From a virus, in the IMG/VR virus record IMGVR_UViG_3300028392_000041, positions 1 to 64,000 of that record: a DNA stretch of 64,000 nt; one strand, written 5' to 3'. Below, in pieces: positions 10,331-20,311 of the stretch. Position 1 is the first letter of the stretch, and each line of letters starts with the position of its first letter. The position numbers and the translations under genes are program-made. The notes under the pieces are model-generated. The model was given only the letters and a program-made list of their open reading frames with translations, was not told the origin of the DNA and made no database searches.

Positions 10331-13300
10331 TTAATAAGTACCACCATCAATTTGGAAGCCATCCAGTGTAGAAGTTGCAGCGCCAGCACCAGTAATATTA
10401 GTACCAATATACATTGATTTAGCAACAGACAAACCACCAGATAATACAACTGGAGCAGTTCCAAGAGCGGAAGCATCAGTAGTAGAAGTGAAAGTCACAT
10501 TACCAGTAGCAGCAACAGTAGTACCACTGAATGAAGAAGAAGTAATTGTTTTATTACTTAATGCTTCAGAACCTGCCAAAGTGGCAAGAGTACCAGTTGT
10601 TGGTAGAGTAACAGAAGTGTTAGCAGTTTGTGTTAATGTTAAAGAATATGCGCCACTAGTAGTAAATGCGCCTGCTGTAGAAATATTACCACCAAGAGTG
10701 ATAGTATTTGATCCATTGTTAACACCAGTACCACCATATGTTCCACCAATTACTGAACCATTCCAAGTACCAGTAGCAATAGTACCTAATGTAGTAATTG
10801 AAGTCTGACCAACATAACTTGCAGAAATATCAATAGAATCAGCATTAGCAATAATTCTATTTGTAGTACCAACTACATTTAAAGTATTACCAGATTTAGT
10901 TAAACCATCACCAGCGATAACAGAACCAGCACCAGAGAACTGAACAAATGTTAAAACAGTTGTATCAATTGTTATGCTACCGTCTGTTGTAAGAACATAA
11001 CCATTGTCTGCACCAACAGTACCTTCTTCAACGAAAGTAAACATGCCTGGAGTAACTTCACCGCTTGGAGAGTTATCAGCATCAGTGGCACGAGTCAATA
11101 CCCAGTTAGTAGAAGCAGAACCAACAGTAGTAACAGTATAGATACCGTTATTTTGACCAAGTGTTTGATCTTTAACTAAAACACGATCACCAGAAACTAG
11201 AACAATACTATCAATAGTGATTGCAGCTTGAGTGCCAGAGTTAGTAAGTGTTTTACCAGCACCTGTACCAGAAGCAGTTGCAGTTAAGTTTGCAGTAGTA
11301 GCAACACGAACTGAATCTTTAATATCCAGTGCTTGTTTAACTGAATCAACATAACCTTTATTTGCAGCATCAGTTGCTTGAGTTGGAGTAGCAACTGAAG
11401 TAATACGGAAACTACCAACATCAACAGTACCTGTACCAGTTGGTGTAAGATTAACACTTTGGTTAGAACCACCAGCTGCGAATGTTAGTGAACCAGTACC
11501 AGTAATAGAACCAGTTGTAGAACCAGTACCACCATAAGCAACACCAATAGTATTACCATTCCAAGTAGAACCAGTTGATACTGTCTTATTAGTTAATGTT
11601 TCTGAACCAGCAAGAGTTGCTAAAGTACCAGTAGTTGGTAGAGTAAGAGCAGTAGTTCCTGTCGCAGTTAATGTTACACCGAATGCACCAGAAGTAGTAA
11701 ATGCACCTGCTGTAGTTAATGCACCAGCAAGAGAAATATTACCACCAAGAGCAATAGTTCTAGCAGCGTTCTGTACATCGATTGTTAATGCGCGACCAGC
11801 AGTTAAAGTAACTGAAGAAGTAGCACCAATAGTAACATCAAACGCAGCAGAAGTATCACGGATACCAAGAGTAGTAATTGCGCTGTGTGTACCACCAGTA
11901 ATAGTTGGTGTTCCGATTGTTGGGCTAGTACCAAATACTAATGCGCCAGAACCAGTCTCGTCAGAAATAACACCAGCCAATTGACTAGAAGTAGTAGAAG
12001 CAAACTGAGCAAGAGTACCACCTTGATAAGCAACAGTACCACCAGTACCAAAGGCAACTGAAGAAGAATCAGTACCAGTGAATGTTAATGTATTAGAAGC
12101 AGTAAGTGTTTTACCATCAGCAATAGTTAATGTAGAACCAGTTGCTGGCGCAGTAAGAGTAACTTTGTTGATTGTAGTAGCAGAAGCAACACCAAGAGTT
12201 GGAGTTACTAGCGTTGGACTAGTTGCGAATACAAATGCGCCAGTACCAGTTGCGCCAGTAGAAGTAACACCTTCAATAGTTGGGTGACCAGTAATAGTTG
12301 GCGCAGCAGAAAGAACAACAGTTGCACCAGTACCAGTATAACCAGTAATAGAATTACTATTAATACTGAATGAGTTACCAGTACCAGCAGTATTGAATGT
12401 TTTATTAGTAAAAGTATCAGTAGTTGCTCTACCAACTAAAGTATCAGTGGCAGCTGGCAGTGTTAATGTTCCAGATGCTGCAGAAGAAGCAGCAAGAACT
12501 GTAGAACCAGATCCTGATCCAGTAAATGTTACACCAGCAGAACCGATAGTAGCAGTAACAAGAGAAGCTGAAGTAATTGTTGGGCTAGTTGATAAAACAG
12601 CACTACCTGAACCTGTTAATGCTTGAAAACCAGTATACTCATATACCCAAGTTTGAGCACCAGTAGAAGCAACAGTATAAGTTATCTGTGTTCCACCGAT
12701 TTGAGTAGTAATTGCGCCAGAAGCAGAAGTTTGAACAGTTAATGTACCAGTACTGTTATTGGTAATTATGAATTCTTGACCAATAGTTAATGTTGAAGTG
12801 TCAGGTAACTTAACAGTTTGAGTAGTTGAACCAGTGAAGAACTGATTAGCAGTGCTAGATGCTGTTAAAGTTGTTGTTCCAGCACCAGTAGCAGTGGAAG
12901 TATAGCCACCTGCGCCGATAGAAGAGATTGTAACTGTTTGACCAGATACAGAAGTGGTAATACCATTACCACCAGTAAAGGTTAATGTTTGGGATAGTAG
13001 AGCAACAGAACCAGTAGTAGCACCACCAGCTGCTAGACTTAGAGTAGCAGCAGAAGCAGCCCAAGTAGATGTACCACTACCATCAGTAGTTAATACATAT
13101 CCATTAGTACCAGCTGATCTTGGTAATGTCCAAGTACCAGCAATCTGCACCATACCAGTGCCGTTTGGATTAAGTACTAAGTTACCATTTGTATTAGTTG
13201 TGCTTAATGTATTACCAAGTAATTGAGTATTACCAACTAACCATTTATCAATAGTACCAGTTGCTGAAAGAATTGGGATTGATGATGCACTAGTAGTAAG

Positions 13301-13513
13301 AGTACCAGCAGTTGATGCATCAACCAAACCAGTGTAGTAAGTACCACCGATTACATAGTGGTTTGCTGCATTACCTGAGGTCTCTGATCCAATACCAATG
13401 TATAGTCGATTACCACCTGATCCGCTAAAAGCTGAATATGCTAATTCACCTGCTCCGAGCGTACCTGGATTTCCTGATGTCGATGAACGCTTTATTCTAA
13501 TTATTGATGCCAT
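10331..13513 (-). CDS. Long tail fibre-like protein
   Basis: 1060 aa T/G/S/A-rich; IRIKRSS..GELAYS N-terminus; DAANKGYVD; GDRVLVKDQT..QNNGIY..WVLTRATDAD module; ends IDGGTY. Confidence 0.75.
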   Translation of the reverse strand: MASIIRIKRSSTSGNPGTLGAGELAYSAFSGSGGNRLYIGIGSETSGNAANHYVIGGTYYTGLVDASTAGTLTTSASSIPILSATGTIDKWLVGNTQLLGNTLSTTNTNGNLVLNPNGTGMVQIAGTWTLPRSAGTNGYVLTTDGSGTSTWAASAATLSLAAGGATTGSVALLSQTLTFTGGNGITTSVSGQTVTISSIGAGGYTSTATGAGTTTLTASSTANQFFTGSTTQTVKLPDTSTLTIGQEFIITNNSTGTLTVQTSASGAITTQIGGTQITYTVASTGAQTWVYEYTGFQALTGSGSAVLSTSPTITSASLVTATIGSAGVTFTGSGSGSTVLAASSAASGTLTLPAATDTLVGRATTDTFTNKTFNTAGTGNSFSINSNSITGYTGTGATVVLSAAPTITGHPTIEGVTSTGATGTGAFVFATSPTLVTPTLGVASATTINKVTLTAPATGSTLTIADGKTLTASNTLTFTGTDSSSVAFGTGGTVAYQGGTLAQFASTTSSQLAGVISDETGSGALVFGTSPTIGTPTITGGTHSAITTLGIRDTSAAFDVTIGATSSVTLTAGRALTIDVQNAARTIALGGNISLAGALTTAGAFTTSGAFGVTLTATGTTALTLPTTGTLATLAGSETLTNKTVSTGSTWNGNTIGVAYGGTGSTTGSITGTGSLTFAAGGSNQSVNLTPTGTGTVDVGSFRITSVATPTQATDAANKGYVDSVKQALDIKDSVRVATTANLTATASGTGAGKTLTNSGTQAAITIDSIVLVSGDRVLVKDQTLGQNNGIYTVTTVGSASTNWVLTRATDADNSPSGEVTPGMFTFVEEGTVGADNGYVLTTDGSITIDTTVLTFVQFSGAGSVIAGDGLTKSGNTLNVVGTTNRIIANADSIDISASYVGQTSITTLGTIATGTWNGSVIGGTYGGTGVNNGSNTITLGGNISTAGAFTTSGAYSLTLTQTANTSVTLPTTGTLATLAGSEALSNKTITSSSFSGTTVAATGNVTFTSTTDASALGTAPVVLSGGLSVAKSMYIGTNITGAGAATSTLDGFQIDGGTY

Positions 13514-13527
13514 CTTTTATTCTCCGA

Positions 13528-13779
13528 TTAAAATTCTCCACCTTCCATGTTCTGCGCATCAAGCACAGTGGAAGCTGTCCATTTATTTGTTGTTGTTTTA
13601 TATATCAATAATGAACCATTGCTAGGATTGACTGCATCAACATCGGCGATTCCCGATATGCCAGTTTGTGTTGCAGATAGTCCTTGAATTCCAACTGCCG
13701 AAACTGTTGGAATTGACTGTACATCAATAGATGCATTGATATTTGTATTTGTTAATACTGTTGCTGTTATATCACTCAT
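13528..13779 (-). CDS. Small hypothetical virion protein
   Basis: 83 aa, ends MEGGEF, similar to the C-terminus of the neighbouring fibre; tight operon packing. Confidence 0.55.
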   Translation of the reverse strand: MSDITATVLTNTNINASIDVQSIPTVSAVGIQGLSATQTGISGIADVDAVNPSNGSLLIYKTTTNKWTASTVLDAQNMEGGEF

Positions 13780-13782
13780 AAT

Positions 13783-14118
13783 TTAAGTCTTTGTGATTTC
13801 TGGCGTGATTATAACCAACCCCTCCAACGCACGAGATTTCTCTCCTGTTGGTGAAGTCAACTCAATATCGTACAAGTATCTACCTGCTTGAATATTTGAA
13901 GTATCTGTAGGACTAAGTTGTAACCTAATCTTTCCAGCTGTTGCATCGTATATAGATGCTGTAAAATTCGTTGCCGAAGATGATTGATAGGACTTACGGA
14001 ACTGCGCTTTGACAGTATAACTTGTCAAATCCATTGCTGTTCCATCTTGATTTGTGAGTGAAATGATACTACTGAAAGTAGTACCTTGATCAATCACTAG
14101 ATTGCTTATTGTCGCCAT
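13783..14118 (-). CDS. Small structural protein (BppU-N/Ig-like fold family)
   Basis: NLVIDQGTTFS...DLTSYTVKAQFRKSY...GRYLYDIEL...LEG motif common in T4-like phage structural regions. Confidence 0.65.
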   Translation of the reverse strand: MATISNLVIDQGTTFSSIISLTNQDGTAMDLTSYTVKAQFRKSYQSSSATNFTASIYDATAGKIRLQLSPTDTSNIQAGRYLYDIELTSPTGEKSRALEGLVIITPEITKT

Positions 14119-14142
14119 TAATATCTCCAGACTTTACTCTTA

Positions 14143-14150
14143 TATTTATA
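14143..14150 (-). promoter_or_regulatory. Perfect T4 late promoter TATAAATA
   Basis: Exact T4 gp55 consensus, 25 nt upstream of the ATG at 14118. Confidence 0.8.
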
Positions 14151-14171
14151 ATACTGGAGAGTGCAAGAAAC

Positions 14172-14195
14172 AAAAAACCACCCGAAGGTGGTTTT
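14172..14195 (-). terminator. Rho-independent terminator with UUCG loop
   Basis: Minus strand AAAACCACC-TTCG-GGTGGTTTTTT just after the stop at 14201. Confidence 0.85.
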
Positions 14196-14200
14196 GTTTA

Positions 14201-14605
14201 TTATAGATCAGGATGCGTATAATCTGGATTTGTATCTTTAAATGATTGATCAATTACCCATTTTTGTTGTTGTTCATCCCAGTTCCACATACCTGTTTCT
14301 GGTCTTGGGACAGGAGCAACCCACCAACATGTTTCTTCGTCTAAAGTCCAACTAGGATGAGTTTTGCCTGGATAAAAAGCATCACGATCTTTATCGTAAA
14401 TCATACCAACACCAGCAAAGTTTTTACGCAATGCGGGTTTGCCATCTGGTTCTCCATCTTCTCCGTAGTGAACGCCACCTCTAGTATTATATGATGTTTG
14501 GATCCATTCTCCTGGTGAAGAATCGATGAATGTTTCGAAGAAGGTTTCGTCAGCAACAATGACAGATAAAACTTTACCGTCTAATACTTTTGCATAGTGA
14601 GCCAT
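14201..14605 (-). CDS. Conserved small phage protein accompanying Gly-rich fibre proteins
   Basis: MAHYAKV...V.SVIVA, WIQTSYN, LRKNFAGVGMIYD..RDAF, SWTLDEETC.W.APVP motifs. Confidence 0.7.
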   Translation of the reverse strand: MAHYAKVLDGKVLSVIVADETFFETFIDSSPGEWIQTSYNTRGGVHYGEDGEPDGKPALRKNFAGVGMIYDKDRDAFYPGKTHPSWTLDEETCWWVAPVPRPETGMWNWDEQQQKWVIDQSFKDTNPDYTHPDL

Positions 14606-14645
14606 TTGTTATTCCTATAATTCTAAAATTATTTTTATATTTATC

Positions 14646-15698
14646 TTAACTGGTATATCTAATGATAACGACACCGCCACCACCATTACCACCGACACCT
14701 GATGTTGGAGAAATTGGAGTTGTTGGACCACCACCATATCCACCACCGCCACCACCAGTTCCTGGTGTTCCGTTTTTATCTGTTCCTGGATTATATGTTG
14801 GACTAGTGCCATGACCACCACCACCAGAACCTCCTGGTCCACCAACAATAGAAGGAGAATTTGGTTGATTATAGTGACCACCGCCACCACCACCTGCGTA
14901 GGTAGTTCCATTCAACCATGATGAACCATTACCACCTGCTCCTGTGTTGCTTGAGGTTTCTAGTCCTGCTTGACCAGCTTGAGAAGCACCGCCACCGCCA
15001 CCTGCTTGATAGTAAACACCTGCTGGACCAGCAGAACCACCTGCGTTTCCTTGACCAGGAGTTCCTGATCCACCCGATCCGTTGTCATTTCCACCGCCAC
15101 CGCCAGAACCTCCTGGACCTGCGTTACCGCTACCTGAAACACTACCACCAGTACGAGAAGCACCTGCACCACCACCAATCGCAGTGGTCGGAACAACACT
15201 TATTCCACTATTTCCACCTTGAAATCCATAATTAGAGTAACCATTCCAGCCTGCTGCTCCTGGAGAAGTACCACCACCTGAGCCACCACTACCAACAGTA
15301 ACAGTAACTGTTCCAACAGTTAAAGTTGTTGATCCGTTTACATATCCACCTGCGCCACCACCACCTTGGCCACCTCGACCATCGGTACCAGCACCACCGC
15401 CACCACCAGCAACAATAAGATAATCAACACTCTTAGTTCCTTGTGTAACTGTCAGAGATCCAGACTGAGTCCATGTTTGATAAGTGTAGTTTCCTGATGT
15501 TGTGGTTGTTGCGTTCACATTTGCTGTGGCGAATGCTCCGATACCAATCCATGATGAACTTACTGAATCGTAATATTCAAGATATGAGGTTGTCTCATTT
15601 TGGCGAAGCATTCCGAAACTTCCTGTTGGTCTTTGTGCAGTTGTTCCGACAGGAAGCGTAATCGCTTGTTGACCTAGTATTACTCCATCTCTTGCCAT
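14646..15698 (-). CDS. Glycine-rich putative adhesin/fibre-tip protein, paralogue 1
   Basis: LPVGTTAQRP..GMLRQN N-terminal module; YLIVAGGGGG...GGGGAGG...GGGGVVIIRY polyglycine domain. Confidence 0.7.
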   Translation of the reverse strand: MARDGVILGQQAITLPVGTTAQRPTGSFGMLRQNETTSYLEYYDSVSSSWIGIGAFATANVNATTTTSGNYTYQTWTQSGSLTVTQGTKSVDYLIVAGGGGGAGTDGRGGQGGGGAGGYVNGSTTLTVGTVTVTVGSGGSGGGTSPGAAGWNGYSNYGFQGGNSGISVVPTTAIGGGAGASRTGGSVSGSGNAGPGGSGGGGGNDNGSGGSGTPGQGNAGGSAGPAGVYYQAGGGGGASQAGQAGLETSSNTGAGGNGSSWLNGTTYAGGGGGGHYNQPNSPSIVGGPGGSGGGGHGTSPTYNPGTDKNGTPGTGGGGGGYGGGPTTPISPTSGVGGNGGGGVVIIRYTS

Positions 15699-15710
15699 TT
15701 TAATTCCTAA

Positions 15711-16727
15711 TTATGTTGTATATCTAACAATGACTACACCACCGCCACCAGCAGCACCTGTCAAACTATTTCCACTTGTAGGTTGATTACCACCTGCACC
15801 GCCACCGCCACCACCAGTTCCTGGTGAACCAGCAACAGCTGCAATATTTTTATCAGCGCCACATGCGCCATTTCCGCCACCACCTGCTCCACCATAAGAA
15901 GTTTGTGTTATAGAATATCCGTTTGAGTGATGAGCACCACCGCCACCACCACCTGCGTAGGTAGTTCCATTCAACCAAGTTTTTCCACCACCACCATACG
16001 AAGCAGCTCCTGGCGACGCTTGAGCAGAATTACCACCAGCTTGGTTAGCACCACCACCACCACCACCCCAATAGTAAACATCTGGACCTGAGCCAGAACC
16101 ACCTGCGTTTCCTTGGCCAGAAGTTCCTGATCCACCTGGACCATTGTCTGTTCCGCCACCACCGCCAGAACCTCCTGGGGTTCCATTGTATGGACCAGCT
16201 GGTGCACGACATCCACCGCCACCGCCACCGAGTGCTGTTGTTGGAACACCTGTGAGCGAACTATTGTTACCAGAGTAACCAACGATAATATTTGCTCCTG
16301 GTGCTGATCCACCGCTACCAACAGTAACTGAGTATACACCACCGACAAGTGTCATTGAACCAGAAACATATCCACCTGCTCCACCGCCACCTTGTCCTCC
16401 TGGACCAGTTGTTCCACCACCTGCGCCACCACCAGCGACAACAAGGTAGTCTGCAGATTTAACACCTGATGTAACTGTTAGCGAACCAGACTGTGTCCAA
16501 GTCAAATATGTATATCCACCAGAAGCCGATGTTGTTGCTCCAACACTTTGTTGTTGGAATGCTCCGACACCAATCCAAGATGTTGTTGTTACATCATAGT
16601 ACTCAATATACCCAGTTGTTTCATTTGCTCTAAGCATACCAGAAACACCTGTCGGTCTTTGTGCAGAACTTCCTCTTGGTAGAGCAACATACTGCGCTCC
16701 TAGTATTGATCCATCATTCGCAGCCAT
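15711..16727 (-). CDS. Glycine-rich putative adhesin/fibre-tip protein, paralogue 2
   Basis: Same architecture as 14646..15698. Confidence 0.7.
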   Translation of the reverse strand: MAANDGSILGAQYVALPRGSSAQRPTGVSGMLRANETTGYIEYYDVTTTSWIGVGAFQQQSVGATTSASGGYTYLTWTQSGSLTVTSGVKSADYLVVAGGGAGGGTTGPGGQGGGGAGGYVSGSMTLVGGVYSVTVGSGGSAPGANIIVGYSGNNSSLTGVPTTALGGGGGGCRAPAGPYNGTPGGSGGGGGTDNGPGGSGTSGQGNAGGSGSGPDVYYWGGGGGGANQAGGNSAQASPGAASYGGGGKTWLNGTTYAGGGGGGAHHSNGYSITQTSYGGAGGGGNGACGADKNIAAVAGSPGTGGGGGGAGGNQPTSGNSLTGAAGGGGVVIVRYTT

Positions 16728-16736
16728 TGATATTCC

Positions 16737-17783
16737 TTAAGTTGTATATCTAATAATGATTGTTCCGCCACCACCATTACCACCGACACCTGATGCTGGA
16801 GAAATTGGAGTTGCTGGACCACCACCGTATCCGCCACCACCTCCACCAGTTCCTGGCGAACCATTAATTAATGCATTAGATTGTTGTGGCGATGTTCCGC
16901 GACCACCACCACCAGAACCAGCAGTACCTCCGAGTAAAGTAGAAGTATTTGGACCATTATAGTGGCCAGCACCACCGCCACCTGCGTAGGTAGTTCCATT
17001 CAACCAAGTGGATCCGTTTCCACCAGCACCAGTTGGAGGAGCTTGCTCAACACCTGCTTGACCAGCTTGAGAAGCACCGCCACCGCCACCTGCTTGATAG
17101 TAAGTTCCTGCTGGACCGCCTGATCCACCTGGATTTCCTTGACCAGGAGTTCCTGATCCACCTGAACCATTGTCGTTACCGCCACCACCGCCTGATCCAC
17201 CTGGACCTGCGTTACCAGGAGCGCCACCAGTAATTCTTGATGCTCCTGCGCCACCACCAATTGCTGTAGTTGGGACGGATGTCATAGAACTATTATTACC
17301 TTGGAATCCGTAGTTAGCATAACCACCATATCCAGTAGATGATGGAGAAATAGCACCACCATTACCACCGCCACCAACAGTCATTGTATATATGCCATTG
17401 TTAACTGTTACAGAGCCACTAACATATCCACCAGCACCACCGCCACCTTGTCCACCACGACCATCAGTGCCAGCACCGCCACCGCCACCTGCTACGATTA
17501 GATAGTCAATTGTTTTAGTGCCAGCAGTAACAGACATTGTTCCTGACTGAGTCCAAGTTTGATAAGTGTAGTTTCCTGATTGTGTTGCTGTGTTATTTGT
17601 AAAAGTGGCATTAAATGCTCCGATACCCAACCAAACTGCATTGGTTGCATCATAGTATTCAATATACTTGGTGTCGGAGTTCGCTCTTATCCAACCAAAC
17701 TGTGGTGAACCTGGACGATCTGCAGTTCCACCAACTGGTAATGTTAAAGCCTGTTGCCCTAATATTGCTGTATTAGTTGCCAT
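16737..17783 (-). CDS. Glycine-rich putative adhesin/fibre-tip protein, paralogue 3
   Basis: Same architecture; shares identical DNA blocks with paralogues 1 and 2. Confidence 0.7.
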   Translation of the reverse strand: MATNTAILGQQALTLPVGGTADRPGSPQFGWIRANSDTKYIEYYDATNAVWLGIGAFNATFTNNTATQSGNYTYQTWTQSGTMSVTAGTKTIDYLIVAGGGGGAGTDGRGGQGGGGAGGYVSGSVTVNNGIYTMTVGGGGNGGAISPSSTGYGGYANYGFQGNNSSMTSVPTTAIGGGAGASRITGGAPGNAGPGGSGGGGGNDNGSGGSGTPGQGNPGGSGGPAGTYYQAGGGGGASQAGQAGVEQAPPTGAGGNGSTWLNGTTYAGGGGAGHYNGPNTSTLLGGTAGSGGGGRGTSPQQSNALINGSPGTGGGGGGYGGGPATPISPASGVGGNGGGGTIIIRYTT

Positions 17784-18634
17784 TATTTAATTCCCTGTAA
17801 TTCTTTTACTTGATTATTTAACTCTTTAATTGCCTCAATGAGTAAAGGAACAATTTTTTCATACTGAACAGTTTTATAATTTTCTCCAGAGCGAGAGATC
17901 TCAGTTTCTTCAAATCGAATAATATCGAAGGGAGCTGGTTTAACTGCTTCTGGTAAAACTTTCTCAACATCAGCAGCAAGAACACCGACCTGAGATTCTT
18001 TATTGGTAAAACCAAACGATTCTGCTAATTGGTTGGCATTATAAGTTACACCATTCAGAGCCATAACTTTATTTAATGCATCTGTAATTGGTGTAATATT
18101 TTCTTTTAATCTGGCATCAGAGTAATAAGAAGTAATTTGGTTTGTAGCACGAATTTCGCCTGTAGTTCCTGTTCCAGCAACACCAACACCGATTGATCCA
18201 AATTGCACATTTGACGCAGAAGCCAAATCTTGTGGGGTTGACAGAGTAATTGAACCAGCACCATTAGTAACTGTAATCTGGTTAGTAGTACCAGTTAATG
18301 TTGTTTTTGTGAGAGTATTACCAGTTGTATTACCAATTAAAATTTGACCATTAGTAAATGTAGTTTGACCAGTACCACCAGAAGCCACTGGTAGTGCGCC
18401 ACCTGAGATCGTTAGTCCTGTAGCTGTAATATTTCCAACAGCAATATCGCCAGCACTGTTTCTAAGAACCAATGTGCTTCCAGTATTTGCATAAGACATA
18501 ACACTGGTTTCAATTTTATTCGTGGCAAGACTGATAAAATTATTATCGATTTCTGCGCTGGAAAGTGGCGATCCCTTTACTGTGGGAGCGTATGTTGCGT
18601 CGGTGGAAACTCTGGTTGTCAGGGCTGTGGTCAT
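17783..18634 (-). CDS. Short tail fibre protein with peptidase S74 chaperone
   Basis: KGSPLSSAEIDNNF N-terminal motif; YYSDARLKENI...LLIEAIKEL C-terminus. Confidence 0.78.
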   Translation of the reverse strand: MTTALTTRVSTDATYAPTVKGSPLSSAEIDNNFISLATNKIETSVMSYANTGSTLVLRNSAGDIAVGNITATGLTISGGALPVASGGTGQTTFTNGQILIGNTTGNTLTKTTLTGTTNQITVTNGAGSITLSTPQDLASASNVQFGSIGVGVAGTGTTGEIRATNQITSYYSDARLKENITPITDALNKVMALNGVTYNANQLAESFGFTNKESQVGVLAADVEKVLPEAVKPAPFDIIRFEETEISRSGENYKTVQYEKIVPLLIEAIKELNNQVKELQGIK

Positions 18635-18659
18635 TTACTGTTCCTATGCTTATCAGCTA

Positions 18660-18667
18660 TATTTATT
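18660..18667 (-). promoter_or_regulatory. Late promoter variant AATAAATA
   Basis: NNTAAATA overlapping the halogenase stop, upstream of the fibre gene. Confidence 0.5.
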
Positions 18668-19787
18668 ATTTAGTGTATCCAATGCCAGCTGCAATGGCAT
18701 TCCAGCTTTTATCTGGAAATAGGTTAAAACTGTACTGTACATCATTTTCGTTTATTCTATTTAATAATTTTTCTGGCATATAATTATTAAGTTGAAAATC
18801 CTTCCAGAACCCTGTGTCAGCTCTTTGACTGAGGTAGTGAAAGTACAAAAATGATAAAATATCTTCATTCAACTCTTTTACATCATTGTTTACTTTTTCT
18901 GGATTATCTCTATTCTGCACAAATAATTTAAGTGCCATAATCTGAATCCAGATTGATGTTGCTTCCAATGGTTCAATAAATCCTGAAGATAATCCAACTG
19001 CCATACAGTTGTTCACCCAAACCTGTTTATATGCGCCAGCACTAAAATTAAAAGTTCTTGGTGAAACAAAATCGTGTCCAAGATAATCTCTAATTTCTTC
19101 TGCAGCTTCCTCATCTGTTGTCATTGTTGAATCGAAAACATATCCACACCCATAACGACCTTGAACTGGAATCTTCCAGATCCAGCCATATTTCATTGCA
19201 ACAGATTCTGTATAGTCAGGAGAATTATCATTTGGTAGAAAGAAAGGTATGGCACGATTACATGGCATAGGATATTCTTCCCAATCAGACTTATATATTT
19301 CTCCAATTAACAGTCGTTTAAATCCCGAACAATCAAAAAAGAAATCGCCTGATACTGGACCAGCTGGTGTTACAAGACTGGTTATATCTTTATTATCTAG
19401 TAGTACCTTTATTACTTCATTATTAATTATTGTAACACCACGAGATACTGCTACATCTTGTAAATATTTTGCCAATAAAGAAGCATCAAAGTGTAAAGCA
19501 TATTTGTTATCCCAGAAATTATGAAAGTAATGTTCACCATCACCATTCCAGTTTGTAAACTTAATTCCTGTTTTTAATGTTGCTTTACAGTTTGAAACTA
19601 ATTCTAATTCGGTAATACCAACCTCTTCAAGATACTCCATAAAAGCAGGAGTAGTTCCTTCACCAGCACCAAGAATACCAATTTCTGAACTTGCGACTAT
19701 CGTAACTTCATCATCTGGAAAGTTTTTGTTTAAATACAATGCTGTCAACCAACCAGCAGTTCCGCCACCGAGAATGACATATTTCAT
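18666..19787 (-). CDS. Flavin-dependent (tryptophan halogenase-like) halogenase
   Basis: GGGTAG FAD motif, GAGEGT, catalytic-Lys region ATLKTGIKF, WIWKIP (WxWxIP), FIEPLEATSI. Confidence 0.88.
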   Translation of the reverse strand: MKYVILGGGTAGWLTALYLNKNFPDDEVTIVASSEIGILGAGEGTTPAFMEYLEEVGITELELVSNCKATLKTGIKFTNWNGDGEHYFHNFWDNKYALHFDASLLAKYLQDVAVSRGVTIINNEVIKVLLDNKDITSLVTPAGPVSGDFFFDCSGFKRLLIGEIYKSDWEEYPMPCNRAIPFFLPNDNSPDYTESVAMKYGWIWKIPVQGRYGCGYVFDSTMTTDEEAAEEIRDYLGHDFVSPRTFNFSAGAYKQVWVNNCMAVGLSSGFIEPLEATSIWIQIMALKLFVQNRDNPEKVNNDVKELNEDILSFLYFHYLSQRADTGFWKDFQLNNYMPEKLLNRINENDVQYSFNLFPDKSWNAIAAGIGYTK

Positions 19788-20311
19788 TTAAAGTGTGTAG
19801 AAATTGCTATCGACAATCTCATCTCTTGACTTAAATTTGATTCAACAGAATGAACAATATATCCTGGAAAAATTAATAGCATTCCTGGAACTGGAGTAAT
19901 TTTATGGTAAGGTCTATAAGACTGCCATGTTACATCTGTTCTTGCTTGTGGGTCTTGCCATAATATAGATCCTCTTGGATCATGTAGTAAAATATCACCA
20001 GAGTTTTCTGGAACTTTAACATAGTAAACAACAGCCAACATACACTCAGGGTGATGATGTGGAGAATTATTTCCTCCTGGCATCGTAGGATTTTGTCTAG
20101 CAGATAGCGTAAAATATTTTGAAAGTTTACATTCTTCTGCAACTGATTCAATGTATGGTAAAACAATATCTTTTAACTTTGGCGCAATATGAAAATAATC
20201 AGAACCCTGTGTATAGTGTGGTGCCAGCGCAAGCAATTCCTGATTCAACATACCAGAATCAGATATCACTGTTTGCCAAACAGGAGTTGTAAATAAAGTT
20301 TCTTTATTCAT
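19784..20311 (-). CDS. 2OG-Fe(II) oxygenase (TIGR02466-like); start re-assigned to MNKETLF
   Basis: LFTTPVW, HHH...AVVYYV, DPR, GMLLIFPGYIVHSV, RLSIA; ATG at 20311 overlaps the upstream stop. Confidence 0.82.
   Translation of the reverse strand: MNKETLFTTPVWQTVISDSGMLNQELLALAPHYTQGSDYFHIAPKLKDIVLPYIESVAEECKLSKYFTLSARQNPTMPGGNNSPHHHPECMLAVVYYVKVPENSGDILLHDPRGSILWQDPQARTDVTWQSYRPYHKITPVPGMLLIFPGYIVHSVESNLSQEMRLSIAISTHFK

Noticed and set aside
4566-17783. Diversity-generating retroelement, suggested by the Mtd-N-like domain and repeated blocks
   Set aside because: No reverse transcriptase in the window, and I saw no TR/VR pair differing specifically at adenines
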